Assembly: GCF_000018305.1 (NCBI RefSeq)
Contig: NC_009954.1
Coordinates: 930,001 to 962,000, forward strand
Direction: 5' to 3'
Length of the DNA: 32,000 bases
Source of the DNA: Caldivirga maquilingensis IC-167
GTDB taxonomy: Archaea; Thermoproteota; Thermoprotei; Thermoproteales; Thermocladiaceae
The translations under genes were made by a program, and so were the position numbers. The notes under the pieces are model-generated. The model was not told the origin of the DNA. It ran no database searches and saw only the letters and a list, made by a program, of their open reading frames with translations. Below, in pieces: positions 18,255 to 26,787 of this stretch (position 1 is the stretch's first letter; each line of letters begins with the position of its first letter).

Positions 18255-18281
18255 GTGCGGGTTCACTAGCTTCACCCGCAC
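18255..18281. repeat. perfect 8-bp inverted repeat (hairpin) straddling the tnpB stop codon
   Basis: GTGCGGGT-N11-ACCCGCAC lies in a locally GC-rich stretch (18240-18295) of an otherwise AT-rich region. It sits where IS605-family right-end / omega-RNA structures occur. Confidence 0.5.
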
Positions 18282-19219
18282 TGCATGGGGCTCCCATTTG
18301 AGGATAGGTACCTTAGCCCTATGTTTACTGCCCCAATAACATCTCTATCTAGGACTGCTTCATTACCTAGCTTAACTAGTCTCAGTTGAACTTTAATCAC
18401 TCTTACCCTCTTCCTCCCTCTCACCGCAATGCGGATCATTGAGGGAGTGTAACTAGTGATAGGTTTACCTGTAAACGGGTCTTTTGAGGAGGAATACGCT
18501 TCCGATACCTCAACTACATGTAGCGGTTTATTGTTAAGTGCCTCAACTAGTTTCGCCACACTCCATTGATGAATCCTATGCCTCAACGTGTTCTCCCCAG
18601 CCTTATCAACTACTGCAGCATTATTCCTCCCCGCAACCTCCTCAATTATCCCAGCAGTCTTGTAGATAATGTCTTCCTTCTCTCAGCGTGGGAGATGACG
18701 AGTCTTTCAAGACCAGTCTCTACTCTATATACTTCACACAGCTTCCCATCCTTGAAAACAGCCATGTAACATTGTTCTCATTAACATCAACTGCAACAAT
18801 ACTGCCTTGATTGCATGTAACCTCGAAGTCTCTCGTAAACGTTAGATACACGATAACCCTCTTACCACCTGGTTTAAGTTTTAACTCACTGGAGGGCTTC
18901 CATAATGTATCTTTACCCATCCTCTATGAGTCCTAACCTCAATAAGTCCATTACTTAGCTCCCAGTCCTGCAAATCAGAGTAGGTTAGTGTTACCTTGAT
19001 GATTCTCGTTGGTAACCAGGGATGTCTTTCCCTAAACTTATGGTAGAAGACTTTATGTAGGGTTGCTTGTGAAGCACCATACTTCAATGCGTAGTCGAGC
19101 ATTTCCTGAAGCATGGCCTTATAAGCATCAGCAATTTCCCTAAGCGCTTGTCCACCAATGCTGTTAATCCATCCTTCCAATACTATCGTCCTTCTAAGGG
19201 TCTTTAACAACTTGTTCAA
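18272..19219 (-). pseudogene. tnpB: decayed TnpB (IS200/IS605-family OrfB, IS1341-like stand-alone) transposase/nuclease gene
   Basis: Three collinear fragments: 19219-18881, 18920-18720 (shifted frame, contains SIVAVDVNENN, a RuvC-I-like Asp) and 18682-18272 (back in the first frame). The last has HQWSVAKLVEAL, EAYSSS and LDRDVIGAVNIG (the DRDxNAAxNI-type RuvC-III motif). There are at least two frameshifts plus a TGA at 18683-18685. Both Zn-finger CxxC pairs are absent. No tnpA is adjacent. Confidence 0.75.
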
Positions 19220-19457
19220 CCGCGGTCACCACTACAGCTGGCGCCGACAATCCTAGCGAACCCACTAAGCTTATACAACCTTTCCATCATTAACCAAGTA
19301 ATTAAAAGTAATTAGAGATATTTAAATGCAACGCTAAATCCGGAACAGCCTTACTATTCATGGTGTAATATTCCCCTATGAACAGGCAGTTAACCATGTG
19401 GGTGAAGCAATTGGTTTATTAAACTAGCCTCAGTGCCGTACTTAACCGGTGAATTAA

Positions 19458-19679
19458 GTGACCAGATGGGTTATTAAATGTACTCAATGCGGTATGGAGC
19501 GGGAGCTGGATGTTGGCTTTGATTTATCCGGGTTAAGGTACACCGTGTATCTTTACTGCCCTAGATGCAGGGTGAATACCATACATAGGGTAATGGGTTA
19601 CTATGATCCATACACTAAGCAGTATGTTAAGTTGAATCAAGCCGAAGTAAGTGCAAGCAATATTAATGAGTTCGATTAA
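19458..19679 (+). CDS. 4-Cys zinc-ribbon protein
   Basis: CTQCG...CPRC pairs. GTG start with TATA-like GTTTATTAAAC ~35 nt upstream. Confidence 0.5.
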   Translation: MTRWVIKCTQCGMERELDVGFDLSGLRYTVYLYCPRCRVNTIHRVMGYYDPYTKQYVKLNQAEVSASNINEFD

Positions 19680-19734
19680 ACCCCCCATTATTGGTGAAGA
19701 TTCAGTACAATATTTAGGTATGAGATAACGGCCC

Positions 19735-20628
19735 CTATAATGGTACTGCATTATAATTTTGTTGAATGGCCTCAATTATCCTTAGGCATGATATGTAGTC
19801 GGTTAAGGTCGCGAAGGGTTTAGTCTTCCCCATAACCGCCTCAAGGAAATTCCTATCCTCTAGATAAACAGGTTCTTCACTTTGATTCACCTTCTTAACC
19901 TCCCCATTACCGTAAATTAACCCATGCATTAAGTCAGCTACCGTGAATGTACTTAACCCAACGTACGTATGCACACGTAGTTTACCTGACTTAACCCACT
20001 TAGCCTCAATATTCACTGAGACCCCATCTAGGTTAAGGAGTAGGCTTACGTTATCCCTATTAAGCATTGACTTAACCACTATAGCCTTCATGGGTCTTAA
20101 CCTAAATAATGCTAGGTCTAGGTCATGGATTGCTAAATCATACATAACCCCAATGTATGAGTCAGGGTTCTGCGGCATGGTACCGATCCTAACCATTGAT
20201 AAGGCGATTGGTTCCTTAACCATGCTGAACGCCTCTTCAGCAGTCTCATTAAATCTCTCAACCATTGCAGGAATCACCATGTTGCCGGTTTTCCTTGATT
20301 CACTAAGTAGGTTAAGGGCCTCACTCAACTTCACTGTTACAGGCTTCTCAACCATTAAGTGAGCCTTACCCACGAGCTTAATTGATAAGTCATAGTGAGT
20401 GGTTGTTGGTGTTGCTATTATTATTGCCTCATGATGCTTAGTTAAGGCTTCATCAATACTTTTAAAAGTTTCATCAACCCCCATGGATTTAGCGGCATTG
20501 AGCCTTGAATCATCAATATCAATAACAGTAATACTGTCAATTAACCCCTCATTCCTTAACCTAACTAATTCCTTAAGGTGGATTGAACCCATCCTACCCA
20601 TTCCAATTAACGCAACCTTAACACCCAC
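19735..20628 (-). CDS. Gfo/Idh/MocA-family NAD(P)-dependent oxidoreductase
   Basis: N-terminal Rossmann motif KVALIGMGRMGSIHL, IIIATPTTTHYDL and the EKP motif (LMVEKPV), followed by a C-terminal alpha/beta domain. Confidence 0.75.
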   Translation of the reverse strand: MGVKVALIGMGRMGSIHLKELVRLRNEGLIDSITVIDIDDSRLNAAKSMGVDETFKSIDEALTKHHEAIIIATPTTTHYDLSIKLVGKAHLMVEKPVTVKLSEALNLLSESRKTGNMVIPAMVERFNETAEEAFSMVKEPIALSMVRIGTMPQNPDSYIGVMYDLAIHDLDLALFRLRPMKAIVVKSMLNRDNVSLLLNLDGVSVNIEAKWVKSGKLRVHTYVGLSTFTVADLMHGLIYGNGEVKKVNQSEEPVYLEDRNFLEAVMGKTKPFATLTDYISCLRIIEAIQQNYNAVPL

Positions 20629-20671
20629 TTAATAACACCGTTGAGGGATTAATAATGAGTAATTATAAGCA

Positions 20672-21382
20672 TTATTGCTGGGCTTGGCCAGGTGATTCAC
20701 TACCCTCCTTACTCTCACTGCCCTCCTCGGGCTTATTCTCAATCTGCTTAACCTGAACCTCCTCAGGTGACTTAACCTCAAACCTATCACTAAGCTTCGC
20801 ATCAGGGGGTAGTACCCTGACCCTAACCGAGAATATACCTGGTTTAAGCAGTACGGGTATTACAGCTTCCTGAACCTTCTCGAGGGCGTCTTGACCAGCC
20901 TTAATTACTATACCTGTAGTGTACTTCTCGAACCTTGAACGTTCAGTGGTTAACTTACCGCTTATTATTACTTCAGCACCCTGAACATTAGCCTCCTGAA
21001 GCTGCCTGAGGGCTATTATGGCAGCCCTCCTGAACCTGATTCCCTTAGCCATTGCATCAGCTATCCTAAGGGCAACTAACCTAGCATTATACTCAGGATG
21101 CGGCTCCTGTATCACATCTATAACTACATTATCTAGGTTGAACTTGGATTTAAGTATATCTGCAAGAGCCTTAACCTGCTGCCCCTTCCTACCTATAATC
21201 CTGTTCTTCTTCTCCGCAATAATAACGATCCTTGTACCTAATGTTGTTCTCTGAATTATTGAATCAACATACCTATTCCTGGTTAAGGCTATGTTAAGGT
21301 ACTCCTTAATCATCCACTTCTTCTTATTATCATCAATAATCCTCTTATACATCGGTAACCTCCTTTGCTGTGCAGTGGCCAT
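20672..21382 (-). CDS. rps3: 30S ribosomal protein uS3 (S3P)
   Basis: KH domain IQRTTLGTRIVIIAEKKNRIIGRKGQQVKAL, then NARLVALRIADAMAKGIRFRRAA and GAEVIISGKLTTERSRFEKYTTG. C-terminal low-complexity tail KPEEGSESKEGSESPGQAQQ. Minus-strand TATA GTTTAAAAAA (21404-21413) lies ~27 nt upstream. Confidence 0.85.
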   Translation of the reverse strand: MATAQQRRLPMYKRIIDDNKKKWMIKEYLNIALTRNRYVDSIIQRTTLGTRIVIIAEKKNRIIGRKGQQVKALADILKSKFNLDNVVIDVIQEPHPEYNARLVALRIADAMAKGIRFRRAAIIALRQLQEANVQGAEVIISGKLTTERSRFEKYTTGIVIKAGQDALEKVQEAVIPVLLKPGIFSVRVRVLPPDAKLSDRFEVKSPEEVQVKQIENKPEEGSESKEGSESPGQAQQ

Positions 21383-21509
21383 TACCCCCAGAAGTAACTA
21401 AGCTTTTTTAAACTTTGTGAATTAACGCATAATCCCTACACTCAACGTAAAGGCGCGGGTAGGGTTAAAGGAGCTTTCTAACCTTAATTTCTTGTATTAA
21501 GAATGCGTT

Positions 21510-22673
21510 GTGATTTGGGAAAGATTAATATACCGATTTCGGTTCTCTAAATATATGAGAAGAGACGCCGTTGCAACCCTTGTGATTGGATTAATTGCCC
21601 TATGGCTTCTCACATCATCAATAAGGATTATGACACTACCAGTATCCTCAAGTCCCCAGGGTGGTGGAGGTGGGTTAAAGGCCCCAGGCATAAGTATACC
21701 AGTAATCAACATTACGGTGCCTCATGGTAAGTCACCGAGCATTAGGTTACCTAGCTTAACGTTACCCTCAGTACCCATACCCATGGTTATAATTGAGTTA
21801 CCCTTACCCAATATGACTGGTAAAGCCCCCTTAATCAACATTTCACTGCCTCATCAAGCATCATCAAGTCAATTTAACGGTACAGGTACGGGTAAGGGAC
21901 AGGGGTCAGGTAGTGGTAGTTCCCCTCAACAACAGAGGGTTAGTATGCCTCAAATACCCACTGCGGTAATTCTAGTGATTTTAATAGTGGTGATGGTGGC
22001 GTCATCAGTCCTCGCAATCACCTCAATGAGGGGCAGAGGCAGTAGGGGTGGGGTTGAGGAAAGTGAGGGTGAGGGGGTGGTTAGGCTTACGGCGCCTCAA
22101 GCTCCCATCATTAAGGCGGCTAATGAATCATCCACGGTAACTGAGGTGAAGCTCCTAAGCAATGAGAGAGTGGAAGCGTTTAGAGGTTGGGGTGGTGGCC
22201 ATTTACTTAAGCTTAATATACCGCCCGACTTACCCTTAATCTGGGGTATTAATGAACCCTTAACCTATGAGGCAGTGGGTAACGTCACTGTTAAGCCTGG
22301 TTCAGGACTGGTAATTAACGGTTCCCAGATCACCGCGTCCTCAGAGGGGTGTTATGAGATTACTGGGGAATTAGGGGGAGAGAGTGAGCGCCTTGTCATT
22401 AGGTTCACCGACTACTCTAGGGATGTTGAGAATCTCTTTAAGCTTAACGTATTAGCTAACTTAAAGAATCCCAGTAACCTAACCCCCAGGGAGGCCGTGG
22501 TTAAGTTGAGTGAGGACGGTGTAGTTAAGAGTAAGGCCGATGCATTGAAAATGATTAGAATCTTTGAGAGCGTTTACTATGGTAAGAGGACGGTTAGTAG
22601 GAGGGATTACGAGAGCTACCTTAGGTATTTATCTAGTTCACATAATGACCCTAAGGTGATTACCTGTGGTTAG
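21510..22673 (+). CDS. bitopic membrane protein with G/S/P-rich linker and DUF4129-like C-terminal region
   Basis: Two TM helices (ATLVIGLIALWLL and AVILVILIVVMVASSVLAI). C-terminus LTPREAVVKL...IRIFESVYYGKRTVSRRDYESYLRYL resembles the TPxE...YG DUF4129 pattern found next to MoxR/DUF58 genes. The start is more likely the ATG at 21555, with TATA-like ATTAATATA ~27 nt upstream. Confidence 0.55.
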   Translation: MIWERLIYRFRFSKYMRRDAVATLVIGLIALWLLTSSIRIMTLPVSSSPQGGGGGLKAPGISIPVINITVPHGKSPSIRLPSLTLPSVPIPMVIIELPLPNMTGKAPLINISLPHQASSSQFNGTGTGKGQGSGSGSSPQQQRVSMPQIPTAVILVILIVVMVASSVLAITSMRGRGSRGGVEESEGEGVVRLTAPQAPIIKAANESSTVTEVKLLSNERVEAFRGWGGGHLLKLNIPPDLPLIWGINEPLTYEAVGNVTVKPGSGLVINGSQITASSEGCYEITGELGGESERLVIRFTDYSRDVENLFKLNVLANLKNPSNLTPREAVVKLSEDGVVKSKADALKMIRIFESVYYGKRTVSRRDYESYLRYLSSSHNDPKVITCG

Positions 22674-23772
22674 TGCCTCAACTGGGTCATTAAGTAGGTA
22701 CGTGGTTTACTACGTAATATTAATTATTATTACTGCAGTGTTAATGCTACTTACGTCAGTGGGCTTATATATATTATTCATTTTCTCAATACCTATAGCT
22801 GGTTCACTGGCGTTAATGCTGCTTAGCGACTTAAGAAACATGAGGGGTAGGCCTTGGTTCAGGGGGAGGCAGGCTAATGATGCAGCGTACGTTACATTAA
22901 CATTACTAATGTCCCTAGGCCTCTTCCTAGTGATACCTAGTTATGAGGCTAAGGTTGCCTTAAGTTCATTAATACTATTGGTCTCCGCAGTGATGATTAA
23001 TAGGCTTGGCTCCAGCCTATCGCTTACAAGCATTAATATCGGTGACTTCCTTAAGAAACTCTCAATCTCAATAGCCTTATTCTCATTATCAGCATTAATG
23101 GGGTTAGCCTACAGGCCCCTAATGTACCCGTTCCTAACATCATCCTTAGCAGCCCTAGTATTATCATCAACAGCATTAATTAATGCCCAGCCAGGTAAAG
23201 GTGCTGGTAACGCTGTACTTTACCTTAGGAATTCCTACGGTAGTATTGTGGCTGCCTTCTTCGGCTTAGGGGTGTTCTACATGGTGTTGGCTATCCCTAA
23301 GTCCCCGATACTCAATGTCTACGTATTAGCAGTATCAATACTATTAACCCTGGCTCTTGTAGCCTACATAAGCTACAGGGCGTATGTGGCTGTCTCTAGG
23401 GATATTGAGAAAATAGTGGAGGAGGTTTATGAGGCTCATAAAAGGGAGGTTAAGGTTATTCAAGTGCCTGAACTTAAGTACTTTAATGATGCTGTTGAGG
23501 ATTTCATTAAGTATGGTCGTAAGGATAAGCTGATCGCGTACCTATCATACATGATGGCTAGTGGTGGTTTTGAGTACAATGAGGTTATTGACGTATTATC
23601 AAGCCTATTCAACTACCAGTATTCACCCGATAAACTCTATGATAGGTTCAGCGTTGAGGAGGAAATCACTAGGAGGATTAATGCGTTAAATGATGTGTTA
23701 AGCAGTATGACTCAGTATGAGCAGACTAAGAGCACTTACCAAATTTACGGCCAAGCATCGGCTCAGCAGTAA
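22666..23772 (+). CDS. polytopic membrane protein (~7 TM) with ~130-aa soluble C-terminal domain, unknown family
   Basis: Multiple hydrophobic helices, then a charged helical tail (DIEKIVEEVYEAHKREVK...). Overlaps the upstream gene by 8 nt. Confidence 0.55.
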   Translation: MVSASTGSLSRYVVYYVILIIITAVLMLLTSVGLYILFIFSIPIAGSLALMLLSDLRNMRGRPWFRGRQANDAAYVTLTLLMSLGLFLVIPSYEAKVALSSLILLVSAVMINRLGSSLSLTSINIGDFLKKLSISIALFSLSALMGLAYRPLMYPFLTSSLAALVLSSTALINAQPGKGAGNAVLYLRNSYGSIVAAFFGLGVFYMVLAIPKSPILNVYVLAVSILLTLALVAYISYRAYVAVSRDIEKIVEEVYEAHKREVKVIQVPELKYFNDAVEDFIKYGRKDKLIAYLSYMMASGGFEYNEVIDVLSSLFNYQYSPDKLYDRFSVEEEITRRINALNDVLSSMTQYEQTKSTYQIYGQASAQQ

Positions 23773-23901
23773 TGTAATATTCATGATTATTAGGTAAGAG
23801 ACGTGTTATTTCTTTACCCATGCATCATGGCTTCCATGAATCATGCTTAAGAATAGGAATCAGACCCCTATAGTAGTTTAAATACTGCCACATGAAAATA
23901 C

Positions 23902-23912
23902 CTTTATTAATA
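23902..23912 (+). promoter_or_regulatory. TATA box for the MoxR gene
   Basis: CTTTATTAATA is centred ~25 nt upstream of the GTG at 23932. This implies a second transcription start inside the six-gene cluster. Confidence 0.4.
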
Positions 23913-23931
23913 TGCCTTAAAGCTCTAGCAC

Positions 23932-24876
23932 GTGGATTTAAAGACGGCGTTTGAGAAGGCGGGGAGCATAATTGATGAAGTGTTGAAATTCTACGTTGGT
24001 GATAGTGAGGTAATTTCTAAGATAATAGCAGCGGCCTTGGCTGGTGGCCACATACTTATTGAGGATTACCCAGGTATAGGTAAGACATTCCTAGCTAAGC
24101 TTGTGGCCAGGCTTCTCGGTATTGATTTCAACAGGATTCAATTCACCCCGGATCTACTTCCAAGTGATATCGTTGGTACTAAGGTTTGGAGACAGGATAA
24201 GGGTTATTTCGAAACCATAAGGGGCCCCATCTTCGCTAACCTAATACTGGCTGATGAGATTAATAGGGCTCCACCTAAGACTCAGGCCGGTTTACTTGAG
24301 GCTATGGAGGAGGGGCAGGTAACCATTGAGGGTGAAACCATTAAGCTTCCTCAACCCTTCATAGTTATAGCAACCCAGAACCCTATTGAACTCGAGGGAA
24401 CATACCCGCTCCCTGAGGCTCAATTAGACAGGTTCATGATTAGGATAAGCCTAGGTTACCCTGGTGATGAGATTGAGTTGCTTAAGAGGAGGATTAGTTG
24501 GCGTACGGATGATCCAACGGTGTACGTTAAGCCCATTACTAATGCAGGTGAATTAATTGAGATTAGGCAGTACTTAGAGTCCTCAATCACTGTTAGTGAT
24601 GAGGTGTTAGGCTACATTTCCAGTTTCAGGGCTATTAGGAAGGATCCAAGGGTTCTAGCTGGTCCAAGCCCAAGGGGCTTAATATCATTAATGAGGATGA
24701 GTAAGGCAATGGCGTTACTTGAGGGTAGGGATTACGTAATACCTGATGATGTTAAGAGGGTTGCCGTTGATGTTCTTGGGCATAGGATTGTGCTTAAACC
24801 TGAGGTAACCCTTGAGGGTGTGAGGGGGGAGTCCATTGTGACTGAGTACTTAAGTAAGCTACCTGTACCGAAGTGA
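23932..24876 (+). CDS. MoxR-family AAA+ ATPase
   Basis: GHILIEDYPGIGKTFLAK (Walker A), RIQFTPDLLPSDIVG, LILADEINRAPPKTQAGLLEAMEE (Walker B), ATQNPIE..GTYPLPEAQLDRF and PSPRG. Together these are the canonical MoxR/AAA_3 signature set. Confidence 0.9.
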   Translation: MDLKTAFEKAGSIIDEVLKFYVGDSEVISKIIAAALAGGHILIEDYPGIGKTFLAKLVARLLGIDFNRIQFTPDLLPSDIVGTKVWRQDKGYFETIRGPIFANLILADEINRAPPKTQAGLLEAMEEGQVTIEGETIKLPQPFIVIATQNPIELEGTYPLPEAQLDRFMIRISLGYPGDEIELLKRRISWRTDDPTVYVKPITNAGELIEIRQYLESSITVSDEVLGYISSFRAIRKDPRVLAGPSPRGLISLMRMSKAMALLEGRDYVIPDDVKRVAVDVLGHRIVLKPEVTLEGVRGESIVTEYLSKLPVPK

Positions 24877-24883
24877 GCCAGGG

Positions 24884-26170
24884 ATGGTTAAGGAATCCTC
24901 AAAGACAATAATAATGCTGAGCACCTTATCAATGGCCACTGCGGCAGTGGCATTACTATCAACGGTTAAGCCACTAATTATTGGTGTCGCCTTCCCCTTA
25001 ATACTAGCCTCCCTAGCCTTAATGATTGAGAATAAGCCACGCATTAATGCTGTCATTGAGGTTAATCCAGGGAGAATATACGTTAACGATGATGTTGAAG
25101 TAAACGTAAGGGTTAAGGTAACCGGGGGTTACGGCATAATCACAATTAGAGCTCCCCCTAGGCCAGGTAGTATTGAGGCTGAGGGCTTTGAGTTGGTTGA
25201 CGGTAAGAACGTTCACGTTGTTTTTAAGGGGCTTAGGGATGTTGAGAAGACCTTTAAGTATAGGCTTAGGGCTGTTAGGAGGGGTCGTTACGAGTTAAGG
25301 ATTATTGACTACACTTACCATGATTTACTTGGGTTAACAGCACCCATTGAGGGTTACGTGGATGTTTCAGCCCCAGTGGAGGTGATGCCTAGGGTTAAGT
25401 TAATAACCAGGGCCACAGGTATAATTAAGCCAAGGGAGGCTTTCCCAAGGACCCCATTATCGAGGCTTGGTCCATACTCCACTGAATTCAGATCCGTTAG
25501 GGAATACGTGTTAGGTGACCCCTATAGGTTCATTAATTGGAAGGCAACAGCCAGATCCCCTAACGGTAACCTGATGGTTAATGAGTATGAGAGGGAGGGG
25601 TTGAGGACGATATTATTTATTCTTGATTCAGGAAGATGGATGAGGTACGGTACATGGGAGGAGAATCCCCTTGAGTACGGTATATTACTAATATTATCAT
25701 TATCCAGGCTACTGCTTAGGTATAACTATAACGTGGGCCTATGGACCACAATGGGTAGGGTTTACCCAAGTTCAGGTATGGGTCATTACTATAAGATTCA
25801 AAGGGCATTAATGGGTATTGAGGCTAAGCCGGCAGCCTACATAAATGACCCAACCCTGAGGGTTATAGTTAATGAAACAAGGCCGCTGGTAATAATGGTG
25901 ACCAGTGTTAATAATGATAATGTGAATTGGTTAAGCGGTTTCCTAAAGTCATTACCCACATACGGTATTCTGCTTGATATAATACCCCACAGCATAATCA
26001 TGAAGATGAACCTACCTGATATTAAGTGCGCTAAGGCATTGGCGTTGGATAGGGTGAGGCTGTATAGGTTAATGCCAAGTAGATTCAGGATACTTTCCTG
26101 GGACCCAGTCTGCGATGGGATTGGGCCAATTACAGTGAAGGTATTATCAAACATAGGGTGGAGCGTATGA
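24884..26170 (+). CDS. DUF58-family protein (MoxR partner, degenerate VWA-like)
   Basis: Two N-terminal TM helices. Hallmark REYVLGDPYRFINWKATARSPNGNLMVNEYERE, followed by ILFILDSGRWM. Begins 7 nt after the moxR stop. Confidence 0.85.
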   Translation: MVKESSKTIIMLSTLSMATAAVALLSTVKPLIIGVAFPLILASLALMIENKPRINAVIEVNPGRIYVNDDVEVNVRVKVTGGYGIITIRAPPRPGSIEAEGFELVDGKNVHVVFKGLRDVEKTFKYRLRAVRRGRYELRIIDYTYHDLLGLTAPIEGYVDVSAPVEVMPRVKLITRATGIIKPREAFPRTPLSRLGPYSTEFRSVREYVLGDPYRFINWKATARSPNGNLMVNEYEREGLRTILFILDSGRWMRYGTWEENPLEYGILLILSLSRLLLRYNYNVGLWTTMGRVYPSSGMGHYYKIQRALMGIEAKPAAYINDPTLRVIVNETRPLVIMVTSVNNDNVNWLSGFLKSLPTYGILLDIIPHSIIMKMNLPDIKCAKALALDRVRLYRLMPSRFRILSWDPVCDGIGPITVKVLSNIGWSV

Positions 26171-26751
26171 GGATTCAGTTAAGCCTCATATCAATAATAC
26201 TACCCCTAATCCCCTACGTGGTGGTATTCCTCTACGGTGACTCAACGGCCAAGGTCATTTCACTGGTCTTCATGGGCCTATCAGTGGTTATTGGTGTATT
26301 AGGCGTCATTAGGGGTAATCCTCTTGCTGAATCATTAGTGTCAGTGGTATTCATTTCACTGGTCTCAATACTATCATCAGGTTACTTAGTTTACTCAACG
26401 CACACTTACCTACTTTACATTAATCCAATTGGATTAACGATACTTGGTTACTCCATTGGTTTTGTTGAATTAGCCATAGTTTCATCCATGATGCTTAGAA
26501 TGTATAATAGACTATACGGTGAGTTAACGGGTAAAGGTTATACTGAGGATGAGGTGAAGAGTGAGTTAAGTGAATTCACTAAGAATGTAATCACTGTCTC
26601 GGCAATAGTACTCGTGATTTCAATAATCATTTACCTACTGATTAGTTCAGTGACGGTAAGCATTATTGACCCTGTGACTGCACTTGTAGTATTCCTCATA
26701 ATTTACATTATACTGCTTAGGTATGTAATCAGGGTTAACCCAGCTGGGTAA
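26158..26751 (+). CDS. polytopic membrane protein, unknown family
   Basis: 197 aa with ~5-6 TM helices and one charged loop (GELTGKGYTEDEVKSELSEF). Overlaps the DUF58 gene by 13 nt. Confidence 0.5.
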   Translation: MERMRIQLSLISIILPLIPYVVVFLYGDSTAKVISLVFMGLSVVIGVLGVIRGNPLAESLVSVVFISLVSILSSGYLVYSTHTYLLYINPIGLTILGYSIGFVELAIVSSMMLRMYNRLYGELTGKGYTEDEVKSELSEFTKNVITVSAIVLVISIIIYLLISSVTVSIIDPVTALVVFLIIYIILLRYVIRVNPAG

Positions 26752-26787
26752 CGTAAGTGTTTTAAAAGTCCTTACACTTAAAGCTCA

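Noticed and set aside
18566-18769. Plus-strand 67-aa ORF crossing the TnpB relic
   Set aside because: It lies antisense to recognisable tnpB fragments and has no motif. It exists only because the region is a decayed gene.
19533-19775. Minus-strand 80-aa ORF overlapping the zinc-ribbon gene and the 3' end of the oxidoreductase gene
   Set aside because: The opposite-strand ORF (19458-19679) has two CxxC pairs and a TATA box at the right distance. This ORF has neither, and it overlaps the end of 19735-20628 on the same strand by 41 nt.
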